DNA of 14,199 nt, from NCBI GenBank assembly GCA_043750125.1, contig JAYVCD010000127.1, forward strand, positions 1 to 14,199, in the 5' to 3' direction. The position numbers were made by a program, and so were the translations under genes. The notes beneath the pieces were generated by a model. The model saw only the letters and a program-made list of their open reading frames with translations, made no database searches and was not told where the DNA came from. The stretch is from Archangiaceae bacterium (GTDB lineage: Bacteria > Myxococcota > Myxococcia > Myxococcales > Myxococcaceae). Every line of letters starts with the position of its first letter. The first letter of the stretch is position 1. Shown here in pieces: positions 1-7,463 of this stretch.

Positions 1-2
1 AG

Positions 3-1313
3 AGTGCAGAAGTTGCGCCGATCGTGGATGCCGGGACCTCTTCGATGCCGAAGGTTTCGGACAAAGAGCTCGCGACCGCGTGGGAACCGCCGAAGCCCGC
101 GGCGCCGGCAGCCCGCCCGGCCGAAGCGGCTCCGGACGAAGAGACGGTCGAGCGCACCCTGAGCGCGCAGGCCGAAGCCGAGGCGCGGGTGAAGCTCAAA
201 GACCTTCTGGTCGGGGGTCGGCGCGCCCTGGCGACCCAGCAGCTCGATGACGCGAAGACGATCGCGGTGGGAGCCCTGGAAGTCGGCGTGGATTTGTCAC
301 CGTCCGACTTCACCCAGGCCCTCGAGCTGTCGTTCAAAGTCGCTTATGCCCAGAGCGACATCGCCGCCGCCGTGAAGGCCGCCGAACGTTGGCTCAAGAG
401 CTGCGGGCCAGATCGGGTGGACAGCTGTCGCGCCCGGGCGGTCACCGCGCTCAAGTCGGTGGGAAAAATCAAGGGCGCGGTGGTGGCGACGATCACCGAG
501 AAGGTCAAAGCGGTGCGCGAGGCCGACACCTGTGTTCAGCAGGCCGAAGCCAAAAAGACCGCCGGCCCCTGCGTCGAAGGGGCGCTCGCCTTCTACCGCC
601 ATCAGAAAGACAGGTTGATGATCGCGCGGGTGGGGTGGGCGAAGCTCATCGCAGCGCTCGCAGACCCGAGGCGAACGGGGGAAGTCGACGGGCTGCTCAA
701 GAGGTTGGAAAACGATTGCTCCGAAGCCCGGTGCGCGACCATTCGGCGCAAGGTGCTGAAGAAGGTCTCGACGCTGGCGCTCGCCGCCGGCGATCCGGAA
801 GCCGCCGCGGCCGCCAGCCTGAAGGAAATGCGGTTGGCCGCCGCAGCCTTGCCCGCAGACAAGCGGCCTTGGGCCCGGTCTTCGGAGGTCGACAAGATCT
901 GCACCGCGTATGACGCGAAAGCAGGCGCGGGCGCATGCCGGAAGCTCGAGAAGAAGCTCAACGGTGAATGGTCGTTTCGCGATTTTTCTTCCGGCCGGGG
1001 CAGCAGCAGCTTCGCAGCCGAAAAGGTCAAAACCGTCAACGACCACTTCGGCTGCCTGCTTCAGGAATGCCTGACCCTCGAGGCAGACCGGCTGACTCCT
1101 CCGGACTCGGTCAACTACGACGTGCAGTGGTCCGTGACCAATGACGGCAGGGTCGGTGATGTGAGCCTGGGCAGAAAAGATCAGGAAGAGGGCCCGATGC
1201 TTGTCTGTCTGCGCAAGCAATTCGTCTACTGGCGCTACCCAAAGTATTTCGGCGAGCTGCAGCACGTCACCCAGCGCTTCACCGTCAGCGCGCGCGAGCG
1301 ACGCACCCGCTGA
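3..1313 (+). CDS. 5'-truncated helical, Cys-rich protein with probable AgmX/PglI-type (TonB-C-like) C-terminal domain
   Basis: The frame is open back to the window edge (SAEVAPIVDAG...), so GTG 24 is probably not the true start. Codon usage is GC3-rich. The C-terminus 'LQECL...YDVQWSVTNDGRV...MLVCL...WRYPKYFG...VTQRF' matches the pattern of myxobacterial AgmX/PglI C-terminal domains. Confidence 0.75.
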   Translation, partial: SAEVAPIVDAGTSSMPKVSDKELATAWEPPKPAAPAARPAEAAPDEETVERTLSAQAEAEARVKLKDLLVGGRRALATQQLDDAKTIAVGALEVGVDLSPSDFTQALELSFKVAYAQSDIAAAVKAAERWLKSCGPDRVDSCRARAVTALKSVGKIKGAVVATITEKVKAVREADTCVQQAEAKKTAGPCVEGALAFYRHQKDRLMIARVGWAKLIAALADPRRTGEVDGLLKRLENDCSEARCATIRRKVLKKVSTLALAAGDPEAAAAASLKEMRLAAAALPADKRPWARSSEVDKICTAYDAKAGAGACRKLEKKLNGEWSFRDFSSGRGSSSFAAEKVKTVNDHFGCLLQECLTLEADRLTPPDSVNYDVQWSVTNDGRVGDVSLGRKDQEEGPMLVCLRKQFVYWRYPKYFGELQHVTQRFTVSARERRTR

Positions 1314-1320
1314 AGTCTTT

Positions 1321-1491
1321 TCAGTTCGGCTGGCGTTCGATCCGCGCCTTCACCAGCAGGTCGTGGAGCCGCGCGTCGATCTTCGCTTGAACCTGGGCGT
1401 CTTCTTCCTGCTGCGACTGAACCGACATTCCCATCGCAACTCCGCTGAGAACCACGCCTGCCACTGCCAACAGCCCGATCAACTTCTTCAT
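1321..1491 (-). CDS. Small (56 aa) exported or membrane-anchored protein
   Basis: ATG at 1491 with GGAGG 6 nt upstream. N-terminus MKKLIGLLAVAGVVLSGVAMG is signal-peptide-like and is followed by a short charged helix. Confidence 0.75.
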   Translation of the reverse strand: MKKLIGLLAVAGVVLSGVAMGMSVQSQQEEDAQVQAKIDARLHDLLVKARIERQPN

Positions 1492-1521
1492 GTGAAGCCT
1501 CCATGTGACACAGATGCGCAC

Positions 1522-1549
1522 AGGGTAGGACTCCGCGGGCATTGATCAA
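1522..1549 (-). promoter_or_regulatory. Candidate sigma70-type promoter of the small protein gene
   Basis: Minus strand reads TTGATC-N16-TACCCT, about 30 nt upstream of ATG 1491. The -35 hexamer and spacing are the same as in the candidate mraZ promoter. Confidence 0.45.
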
Positions 1550-1609
1550 CTTTTCGACTACAAGCCTCTACCGGCCGAAACATCTTCATTCATCCAGGAG
1601 CATCACCTC

Positions 1610-2338
1610 GTGAGCCCACTTTTCCGTTCAGTCGTCGTCGCGCTTTCTGTTCTCACCGCGGTCGGTTGTGGGTCCGTTGATCCGGGCGTCGATGGAGGCC
1701 ATGGCGGTGGCTCCGGCGGCGGCGCCGGCGTTGGGGGTGGAAGTGGAGGCGGCGCGGGCACCGGAGGCGGCGCGGGCGTCGGAGGCGGCGCGGGCGTCGG
1801 AGGCGGCGCTGGCGTCGGGGGCGGCGCGGGCGGCTCGGGCGGTGGTGGCGGCTCGGGCGGCGGCGCCGGCGGTGGAACCGGTGGAGCGGGAGGCGGAAGC
1901 GGTGGCGCGGGCGGGGGAAGCGGCGGCGGCGCGGGCGGAGGAACCGGTGGGGCGGGAGGCGGCAGCGGAGGCGGCTCAGGCGGTGGGGCGGGTGGCGCGG
2001 GCGGCGGAGCGGGTGTCAGCTTCTCAGCCACCATTGCGCCGATCTTGAAAGCGAGCTGCTCAGGCTCGACCTGCCACATGAACCAGTACAACCAGACCGC
2101 GAGCGCCTACACCCGGCTCAAGGGCATCGCCGTCGTGGGTCCCTGCACCGGAACTGCGCGGCTGATCGTCGGCGATGGCGCTAACAGCCTGGTGGTGAAG
2201 AAGGTCCTCGGTACTCAGCCTTGCGGGGCGCGGATGCCAGAAGTGGCAGGCGCGGGCTGCACCGGAGGCGCCTGCCTTTCTGCCGCCGACATCGCCAAAC
2301 TCTCGACCTGGATCACCCAGGGCGCACTGAACAACTGA
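1610..2338 (+). CDS. Lipoprotein with Gly-rich linker and C-terminal c-type cytochrome-like domain (CX4CH)
   Basis: AGGAG upstream of the GTG. Lipobox LTAVG-C, then about 105 aa of Gly-rich linker, then CSGSTCH, a distal 'RMP' and the terminal 'LS..DI..L..WI.QGA' helix typical of class I / planctomycete-type cytochrome c domains. Confidence 0.8.
   Translation: MSPLFRSVVVALSVLTAVGCGSVDPGVDGGHGGGSGGGAGVGGGSGGGAGTGGGAGVGGGAGVGGGAGVGGGAGGSGGGGGSGGGAGGGTGGAGGGSGGAGGGSGGGAGGGTGGAGGGSGGGSGGGAGGAGGGAGVSFSATIAPILKASCSGSTCHMNQYNQTASAYTRLKGIAVVGPCTGTARLIVGDGANSLVVKKVLGTQPCGARMPEVAGAGCTGGACLSAADIAKLSTWITQGALNN
1745..1834 (+). repeat. Coding 18-bp tandem repeat (5 imperfect units of GGAGGCGGCGCGGGCGTC, encoding GGGAG[T/V/G])
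   Basis: Units start at 1745, 1763, 1781, 1799 and 1817; the units at 1763 and 1781 are identical. Confidence 0.85.
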
Positions 2339-4597
2339 CTACTTGTGGTTGTTGAGCGGACCCCCAACGCCGGGCATCGAGCTCACTTCGACCTCGAGTG
2401 TCCCGGCGTTGTCGTCGAGCCCGTCGTCGGGAAGGGTCACCCAGAACGAGCTCGCTCCGGTCATTCGAATCGTCTTTCCCACTTCCAGAATGCGCTGAAG
2501 CTCGTTGGCAGATTTTTTGGCCTGGGCCCCCGAGCTCGGGCCGGGCTCGATCTTCAGCAGCAGCTTACGCACCAGGCCCCCTTTGTCTCCCAGGGTGCGC
2601 GCGCCCGGCAGACCGTCCTTCAACTTCACCTCGTAGGTCTTCAGCGGCTCGAGCCGGTGCACGGTGAAGCGGCGGGTCGGCTCGGGCGCGAACGAGTTGC
2701 TCTTCCCGTCGACCAGCACCGTCGAGGTCGCGTGGCTCGCTACATCCATCACCCGCACCTTGATCGACCCGGCGTTGTCATTGGAAAGCTCGTCGGTCAC
2801 GAAGGCGTAGAGGGCCGTCGCGTTCTTCACCACCGTGCCCTTCGCGCCCACCAGACCAAACGAGTCTCTCGAGGCCAGAGCGGGTGCTCCCTCGAGGAAA
2901 TAGATGCACTCCCCGACCGACAGGTTGTCGGAAGTTCCTCCAAACGACAGCTTTCCTTCCGTCCACACCCGGTAGGTCCTTTTGGGGTCGAGCCGCAGTC
3001 GCGCGGCCTTCGACGGCGGCACCAGAAAAGCGTGCTTGCTGGCCGTCACGGTGAAACCCGCAACCGGGTAGTCCGCCTCGATCGGCAGCGAGGGCAGCAA
3101 GGAAATCACCCCCGCGTCGAACGGCTCTTCCTCGAGCAGAGTGTTGGGCAGCCGATCGGGCTCGAGCTCGGCGTGCATCGCCAACATTCCCCCGCGCTCG
3201 GGAGCCACGTTCTGAATCCACCGCTTCATTCCCGGAGCCGAGACCTCGACCTCGTGGGCCTGGTCCGCCGCCAGGTCCGTCAACAGCAGCGGAGTCGTCT
3301 GAACATGGGCCCGCCCGTCGACCCGGACCCACGCACCGGTCGGTGACGAGGACAGCTGAATCGAAAACGTGGACCAGCGCCCCCACGCCAGCACCCCGAT
3401 GCCCGTCAACAGCGCCGCCACGATGGGAATCGCGGTGAACAACAGGGGCCGCAACCACCCCGGATGATCCGCGCGGAAGTGGGCCCCGGTCGAAGGGTGC
3501 TCGCGTTCTTCGTCTTCCACCCCGATCAGCGGCTTCGATTTCCGCGCCCCCGATCGGACGAACCGGGTCTCCTCGGCCGCGGCCGGGGGTTCAATCGCCG
3601 GCATCGCGCCCTTCCACACCGAGACCTGGTCCAGAAACTCGCGCGGCAGCTGCACCGGCTTGCCCTCGGCCACCAGCTCTTCCTCGAACAGCAGGCCCAT
3701 GAACATCCCCAGGCCGCTGGGCGCGAACGTCGGAACGTTCTGGTTCAAGTACGCCGAGAGCGCCTGCTGAAAGTCTTCCGCCGTCTGGTACCGGTCGGCC
3801 TTCTCGTGGGCCATCGCCGTCAAGATGATTCGCTCGAGCACGGGGCTCAAGCCGGGGTTCAACTCTCGAGGCGGGGGAAATTCTCCGCGGACGATCTTCG
3901 AGAGGACCTCGATCATCTTTCCCTGGAAGGGCAGCTGCCCGCAGAGCATTTCGTACATCACGATTCCCGCCGCGAAGACGTCGGTGCGCGCGTCCAGCTC
4001 TTTGCCTCGGGCCTGCTCGGGCGCGAAGTAGGTGTACTTGCCCTTCACGGCGCCGGCTTCGGTTTCTTCCCGCCCCGCGGTTCGGGCCTTGGAAATTCCG
4101 AAGTCGACGATCTTTATCTGCCCCTCGTAGGCGATGAGGATGTTCTGGGGCGACACGTCCCGGTGCACGATCTTCAGCGGCCGCCCGTCCTCATCGAGCC
4201 GGGTGTGGGCGTAGTGAAAGCCCTTCAGCATCTCGATTCCGATCAGCACCGCGAACGGGGTCGGCATCACAGCGATTTCGAGCGTTCGCGCGCGCTTCAA
4301 CACTTTCGAAAGCGGTTGCCCGTCGACGAACTCCATCGCGAGGAACCAGTCGCCATCGATCTCTCCGAAGTCGAAGACCTGGGCGATGTTTCCATGCGAC
4401 AGGCCCATCGCGATCTTCGCTTCATTGGTGAACATCGCGATGAACGCTTTGTTCGCTGCGTAGTGCGGAAGGATCCGTTTGATCACGACCTGCTTGGTGA
4501 CGCCCGGTGCTGGAGAGAAGCGGGCCTTGAAGATCTCGGCCATGCCCCCGGCAGCGATCCGCGCCTGAAGCTCATACTTGCCGAACGGTTCTGCCAA
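2339..4597 (-). CDS. Membrane-spanning Hanks-type Ser/Thr protein kinase with PEGA domain and duplicated extracellular C-terminal domain
   Basis: Intact kinase motifs AGGMAEIF, VIKRI, HRDVSPQN, DFG, APE and DVFAAG. TM helix LLFTAIPIVAALLTGIGVLAW. PEGA-like 'SSSPTGAWVRVDG...TTPL'. TTG start. Confidence 0.95.
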   Translation of the reverse strand: MAEPFGKYELQARIAAGGMAEIFKARFSPAPGVTKQVVIKRILPHYAANKAFIAMFTNEAKIAMGLSHGNIAQVFDFGEIDGDWFLAMEFVDGQPLSKVLKRARTLEIAVMPTPFAVLIGIEMLKGFHYAHTRLDEDGRPLKIVHRDVSPQNILIAYEGQIKIVDFGISKARTAGREETEAGAVKGKYTYFAPEQARGKELDARTDVFAAGIVMYEMLCGQLPFQGKMIEVLSKIVRGEFPPPRELNPGLSPVLERIILTAMAHEKADRYQTAEDFQQALSAYLNQNVPTFAPSGLGMFMGLLFEEELVAEGKPVQLPREFLDQVSVWKGAMPAIEPPAAAEETRFVRSGARKSKPLIGVEDEEREHPSTGAHFRADHPGWLRPLLFTAIPIVAALLTGIGVLAWGRWSTFSIQLSSSPTGAWVRVDGRAHVQTTPLLLTDLAADQAHEVEVSAPGMKRWIQNVAPERGGMLAMHAELEPDRLPNTLLEEEPFDAGVISLLPSLPIEADYPVAGFTVTASKHAFLVPPSKAARLRLDPKRTYRVWTEGKLSFGGTSDNLSVGECIYFLEGAPALASRDSFGLVGAKGTVVKNATALYAFVTDELSNDNAGSIKVRVMDVASHATSTVLVDGKSNSFAPEPTRRFTVHRLEPLKTYEVKLKDGLPGARTLGDKGGLVRKLLLKIEPGPSSGAQAKKSANELQRILEVGKTIRMTGASSFWVTLPDDGLDDNAGTLEVEVSSMPGVGGPLNNHK

Positions 4598-4637
4598 GGC
4601 GCGGGCACGCTACCCGAGGGAAGGCGAAGTCGAGCGT

Positions 4638-5261
4638 CTAGATTTTGATTTCGCCCGTACCGAGCACCAACGTCGGCTGCGCGTCGTACTCGATTCGCAT
4701 TTTCTTCGGCGGGGGAGGGCTGTCGGGCAGCACCACCACGCTGCTGGCCCGCACCGTCGCCGGTTGGCGCTGATCGATCTTCGCCTTCAGCGGAGTCAAC
4801 GCCGCGCCCTGCAGGGTCACCGTCTTCGGCAGGGCATTGAGCGTGGTCTTGTCGCCGACCAGCTGCCCATTGACCGAGAACGCCGCCGACTTCATCTGCG
4901 TCGCAGGGTCCAACGGGAGGTTGGTGGTGGCGTCAATGAAGGCCAGTTGGGTGATCTTCAGCTCGACGCTCTGCAGCAGCGACGTGGCCGAACCCAACTC
5001 GGGAATCCGTTGGTAATCGGCCGCCTTGACGACCTCCACGTCCTTGTCGAACGAGAACTCGCACCCCCCTGAGACCACCCGGGTCGTCACCGTGTAGGTT
5101 CCGGCGGGAATCGGGTTTCCACAGACGAATGCATCCAGCGCGAAGTCGGCGGTGCCGGCCACGGAAGGAATGCCCTGGCTTGCTCCGATTCGGATTTCGG
5201 GCTGAACGATGTTGCAGGAGGTCAGTGCAAGTACGGCAGACAAAGCGGAAAAACGGAGCAT
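4638..5261 (-). CDS. Hypothetical lipoprotein (207 aa, beta-rich)
   Basis: Start trimmed to ATG 5261 (GAGG upstream), which gives MLRFSALSAVLALTS-C with a lipobox. Codon usage is coding-like. Confidence 0.75.
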   Translation of the reverse strand: MLRFSALSAVLALTSCNIVQPEIRIGASQGIPSVAGTADFALDAFVCGNPIPAGTYTVTTRVVSGGCEFSFDKDVEVVKAADYQRIPELGSATSLLQSVELKITQLAFIDATTNLPLDPATQMKSAAFSVNGQLVGDKTTLNALPKTVTLQGAALTPLKAKIDQRQPATVRASSVVVLPDSPPPPKKMRIEYDAQPTLVLGTGEIKI

Positions 5262-5270
5262 GGAGACCCT

Positions 5271-5314
5271 CGAGCACCGGCCAATGGCGCTCCACACCCT
5301 ATCACCGGTGCTCG
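5271..5314. repeat. Perfect 10-bp inverted repeat in a divergent intergenic region
   Basis: CGAGCACCGG (5271-5280), a 24-nt spacer, then CCGGTGCTCG (5305-5314). Confidence 0.7.
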
Positions 5315-5335
5315 CAGCAAGCTTAGAAGGGCCCG

Positions 5336-6283
5336 ATGCGACATCTGCTCACCGCGCTTCTCGCATTTCCCGCGCTCGCCGCGGCCTCGGGCGCAGTCGT
5401 CCTCTTTCCTGCGATTGGCAGCCTCGAGAAGGTGACGCTCACCGGCCGGGTCTTCAAGGAAGAGGCGACCTCCGGCAGCTCGACTCTCAGCATGAACCTG
5501 CGGCGGTTGATGGCCAGCAACTGGGAAGCCGCTCCGGTCGAGGTGCGCTACGCCGGAATGTCGAAAAACGTCGTGTCCGGCCACGACGGAAACTTCGAAG
5601 CCGTGTTCGAAGCGATTGCCCCCAGGGTCTTCGCGGTCGGAAGTCAGCGCGCTGAAGCCCGAGTCGGCGAAGCAAAGAGCGGGCTCGCAGTGATCGAAAT
5701 TCTCGCGCCCGCTGCTCCGTTTTTCGTCGTCTCTGATTTCGACGACACCGTCGCGGTGAGCGAAGTCCTCAGCCGCCACAAGCTGCTCGCCAATTCTCTG
5801 CTCAAAGACGAGGCGACCCAGGCGGCCGTTCCCGGAATGGCTGCGTTCTATGGCTGTCTGCGCGAGAACCCGGGCAAGCCTTCCTTCGCCCTGGTCAGCG
5901 GCTCGCCCCAGCAGTTCGCCGGCCGCATCGGCACCTTTCTGCTCAACAACCGGTTTCCCCCGATGGGGCTGTACCTGCGCGATCTGGGGCCCGGCACCCT
6001 CAGCGGCTACAAGCAGCCGATGATTCGCGGGCTGTTGCGGGGGCTGCCGAACAAGGCGGTGTTCATTGGAGACTCAGGCGAGCACGACCCCGAGGTCTAT
6101 CGTCAGATGACGGAAGAGTTTCCCGCCCGGGTCCTGCGCACCTACATTCGCAACGCCGGGCATGCCGAAGATCCGACCCGCTTCATCGGGCAGATGTTGT
6201 TCGAAGAGCCGAAGCAGGCCGCGCTCGACGCGGTCGGACAGGGGCTGGCGAGCACGGCGTGCGTCGCCCGGGCGTTCCCATGA
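5336..6283 (+). CDS. App1-family (DUF2183) HAD-like phosphatidate phosphatase with signal peptide
   Basis: VVSDFDDTV (DxDxT), 'VPGMAAFY', 'LVSGSP', 'FPPMGLYLRD' and 'FIGDSGEHDPEVY' match the App1 catalytic domain motifs. N-terminus MRHLLTALLAFPALAAA is signal-like. Confidence 0.88.
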   Translation: MRHLLTALLAFPALAAASGAVVLFPAIGSLEKVTLTGRVFKEEATSGSSTLSMNLRRLMASNWEAAPVEVRYAGMSKNVVSGHDGNFEAVFEAIAPRVFAVGSQRAEARVGEAKSGLAVIEILAPAAPFFVVSDFDDTVAVSEVLSRHKLLANSLLKDEATQAAVPGMAAFYGCLRENPGKPSFALVSGSPQQFAGRIGTFLLNNRFPPMGLYLRDLGPGTLSGYKQPMIRGLLRGLPNKAVFIGDSGEHDPEVYRQMTEEFPARVLRTYIRNAGHAEDPTRFIGQMLFEEPKQAALDAVGQGLASTACVARAFP

Positions 6284-7056
6284 AGTGGGCCGCCCTGATG
6301 ATCTTGCTCACCTCGTGCGCCGACAAGCCGAAAAGTCCCCCGCTGCAGAAGCCGGCCCCGCTCGAGCCCCTGGTTGCCGATCGGGTCGCCGATGCCAGCT
6401 CGGACGAAGACCCCAGCTACACCGTCAAGCTTTTCACGTTCGCCTCGAGTCCACCCCCGGCCGGCGCGCTGAAGATTGCGGTCAACGGCACTTCGCTCAA
6501 GCTCGGAACAGAAGCCCTCTCACTCGAGCAGCTCAAAGCGAAGCTCGCGCCGCAGAGCGCGGTCTTGCTGTCGTTTGATTCCGAGACCTACCTGGCCCAG
6601 GTGACGCGGCTGTTGGCGTTGCTCGACGATGCGGACGCAGAGGTCTGGCTTGCCTCGCCCGACGTGCCGAAGCTCGCCTGGCCGGTGAAGCTGCGCGACG
6701 AACCTCACTTCAAAGACTGGCTGGATGAACCGGTCGCAGGAAAGCTGCGCATCGTCCACCGTGCAGATGGCTTCGAGCTGCAGACCAACATGGGCAAGCT
6801 CGCAGGCGGAGATCCCAAAGGGCCGACCGTGCCCACCCGCGGCGGCGCACTCGACCTGGTCACCCTCCAAAAGGGCCTCGACCGAATCAAGCAGCGCTTC
6901 ACCCAGGCCCCCGACGTCTGCTTCATGCCCAGCTACGGAACCACCCTGAACAATGCGACCCGTGCAGTCGCCACCAACTGGATCACCGAAGACAAGGTCG
7001 TCTACGCCAGCGCGTGCCTCGTCTACCCGCGGCCCCCGGCCGATTCAGGCCGCTAG
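6280..7056 (+). CDS. Lipoprotein with possible tandem ExbD/TolR-like periplasmic domains
   Basis: ATGA overlap with the App1 stop. MKWAALMILLTS-C lipobox. ExbD resemblance is by eye only. Confidence 0.7.
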   Translation: MKWAALMILLTSCADKPKSPPLQKPAPLEPLVADRVADASSDEDPSYTVKLFTFASSPPPAGALKIAVNGTSLKLGTEALSLEQLKAKLAPQSAVLLSFDSETYLAQVTRLLALLDDADAEVWLASPDVPKLAWPVKLRDEPHFKDWLDEPVAGKLRIVHRADGFELQTNMGKLAGGDPKGPTVPTRGGALDLVTLQKGLDRIKQRFTQAPDVCFMPSYGTTLNNATRAVATNWITEDKVVYASACLVYPRPPADSGR

Positions 7057-7391
7057 AAGCCGACGGCGCCGACGCAGATGCTGACCGAGCCGTTGACCGA
7101 CCGACACGCGTAGCCGTTGCGGCAGTCAGTCTGGTGATTGCAGGCGCGAAAGCAGGCCGGAGTATTTCTCGACAACGCATCCCGCACGCACGTCGACCCG
7201 GTGGGGCAGGTGGTGTTCGGATCTTCGACCTTGCAGGCAATGGTGCAGTAGCCACCCGGGGCGAAGTCGCGGTTGACGCACAGCACTCCTGGGCCACACT
7301 CGCCGTCCGTCGTGCACGCGTCTCCGATGGTCGGACCACAGGCCGTCAACAGCAACCCCACAACCCCGATGATGCCCCGCGACGTACGCAT
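7053..7391 (-). CDS. Cys-rich lipoprotein (112 aa; 12 Cys besides the lipidated Cys)
   Basis: Start trimmed to ATG 7391. Lipobox LLLTA-C. Patterns 'IGDACTTDGEC', 'PGGYCT..C', 'CP.GS.C' and 'C.R.C....DCR.GY.C' are typical of myxobacterial Cys-rich repeats. Confidence 0.85.
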   Translation of the reverse strand: MRTSRGIIGVVGLLLTACGPTIGDACTTDGECGPGVLCVNRDFAPGGYCTIACKVEDPNTTCPTGSTCVRDALSRNTPACFRACNHQTDCRNGYACRSVNGSVSICVGAVGF

Positions 7392-7463
7392 GTCGGGCAA
7401 GTATCTTGTCCGGCCGGTCGCCCGCAACTTTTCAGACAACGGAGTTCGAAGATGGGCGCGGGG

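Noticed and set aside
297-1265. Long antisense or alternate-frame ORFs (also 2345-3346, 3464-4648, 7662-8615, 10034-10684, 11234-12298, 13371-14006, 13432-14190)
   Set aside because: These are expected stop-poor shadows of GC3-biased genes. They have no recognisable motifs and overlap well-supported CDSs.
1489-1522. CATGTGA direct repeat and TGTGACACA as a CRP/MrpC-type site
   Set aside because: The spacing does not fit TGTGA-N6-TCACA, and one copy is explained by the start codon context.
1745-1834. Possible CRISPR-like repeat array
   Set aside because: There are no unique spacers, the repeat is in-frame coding sequence, and no cas genes are present.
1603-2091. Poly-proline ORF on the minus strand
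   Set aside because: It is the antisense shadow of the Gly (GGN) repeat. The plus-strand gene has the RBS, lipobox and domain motifs.
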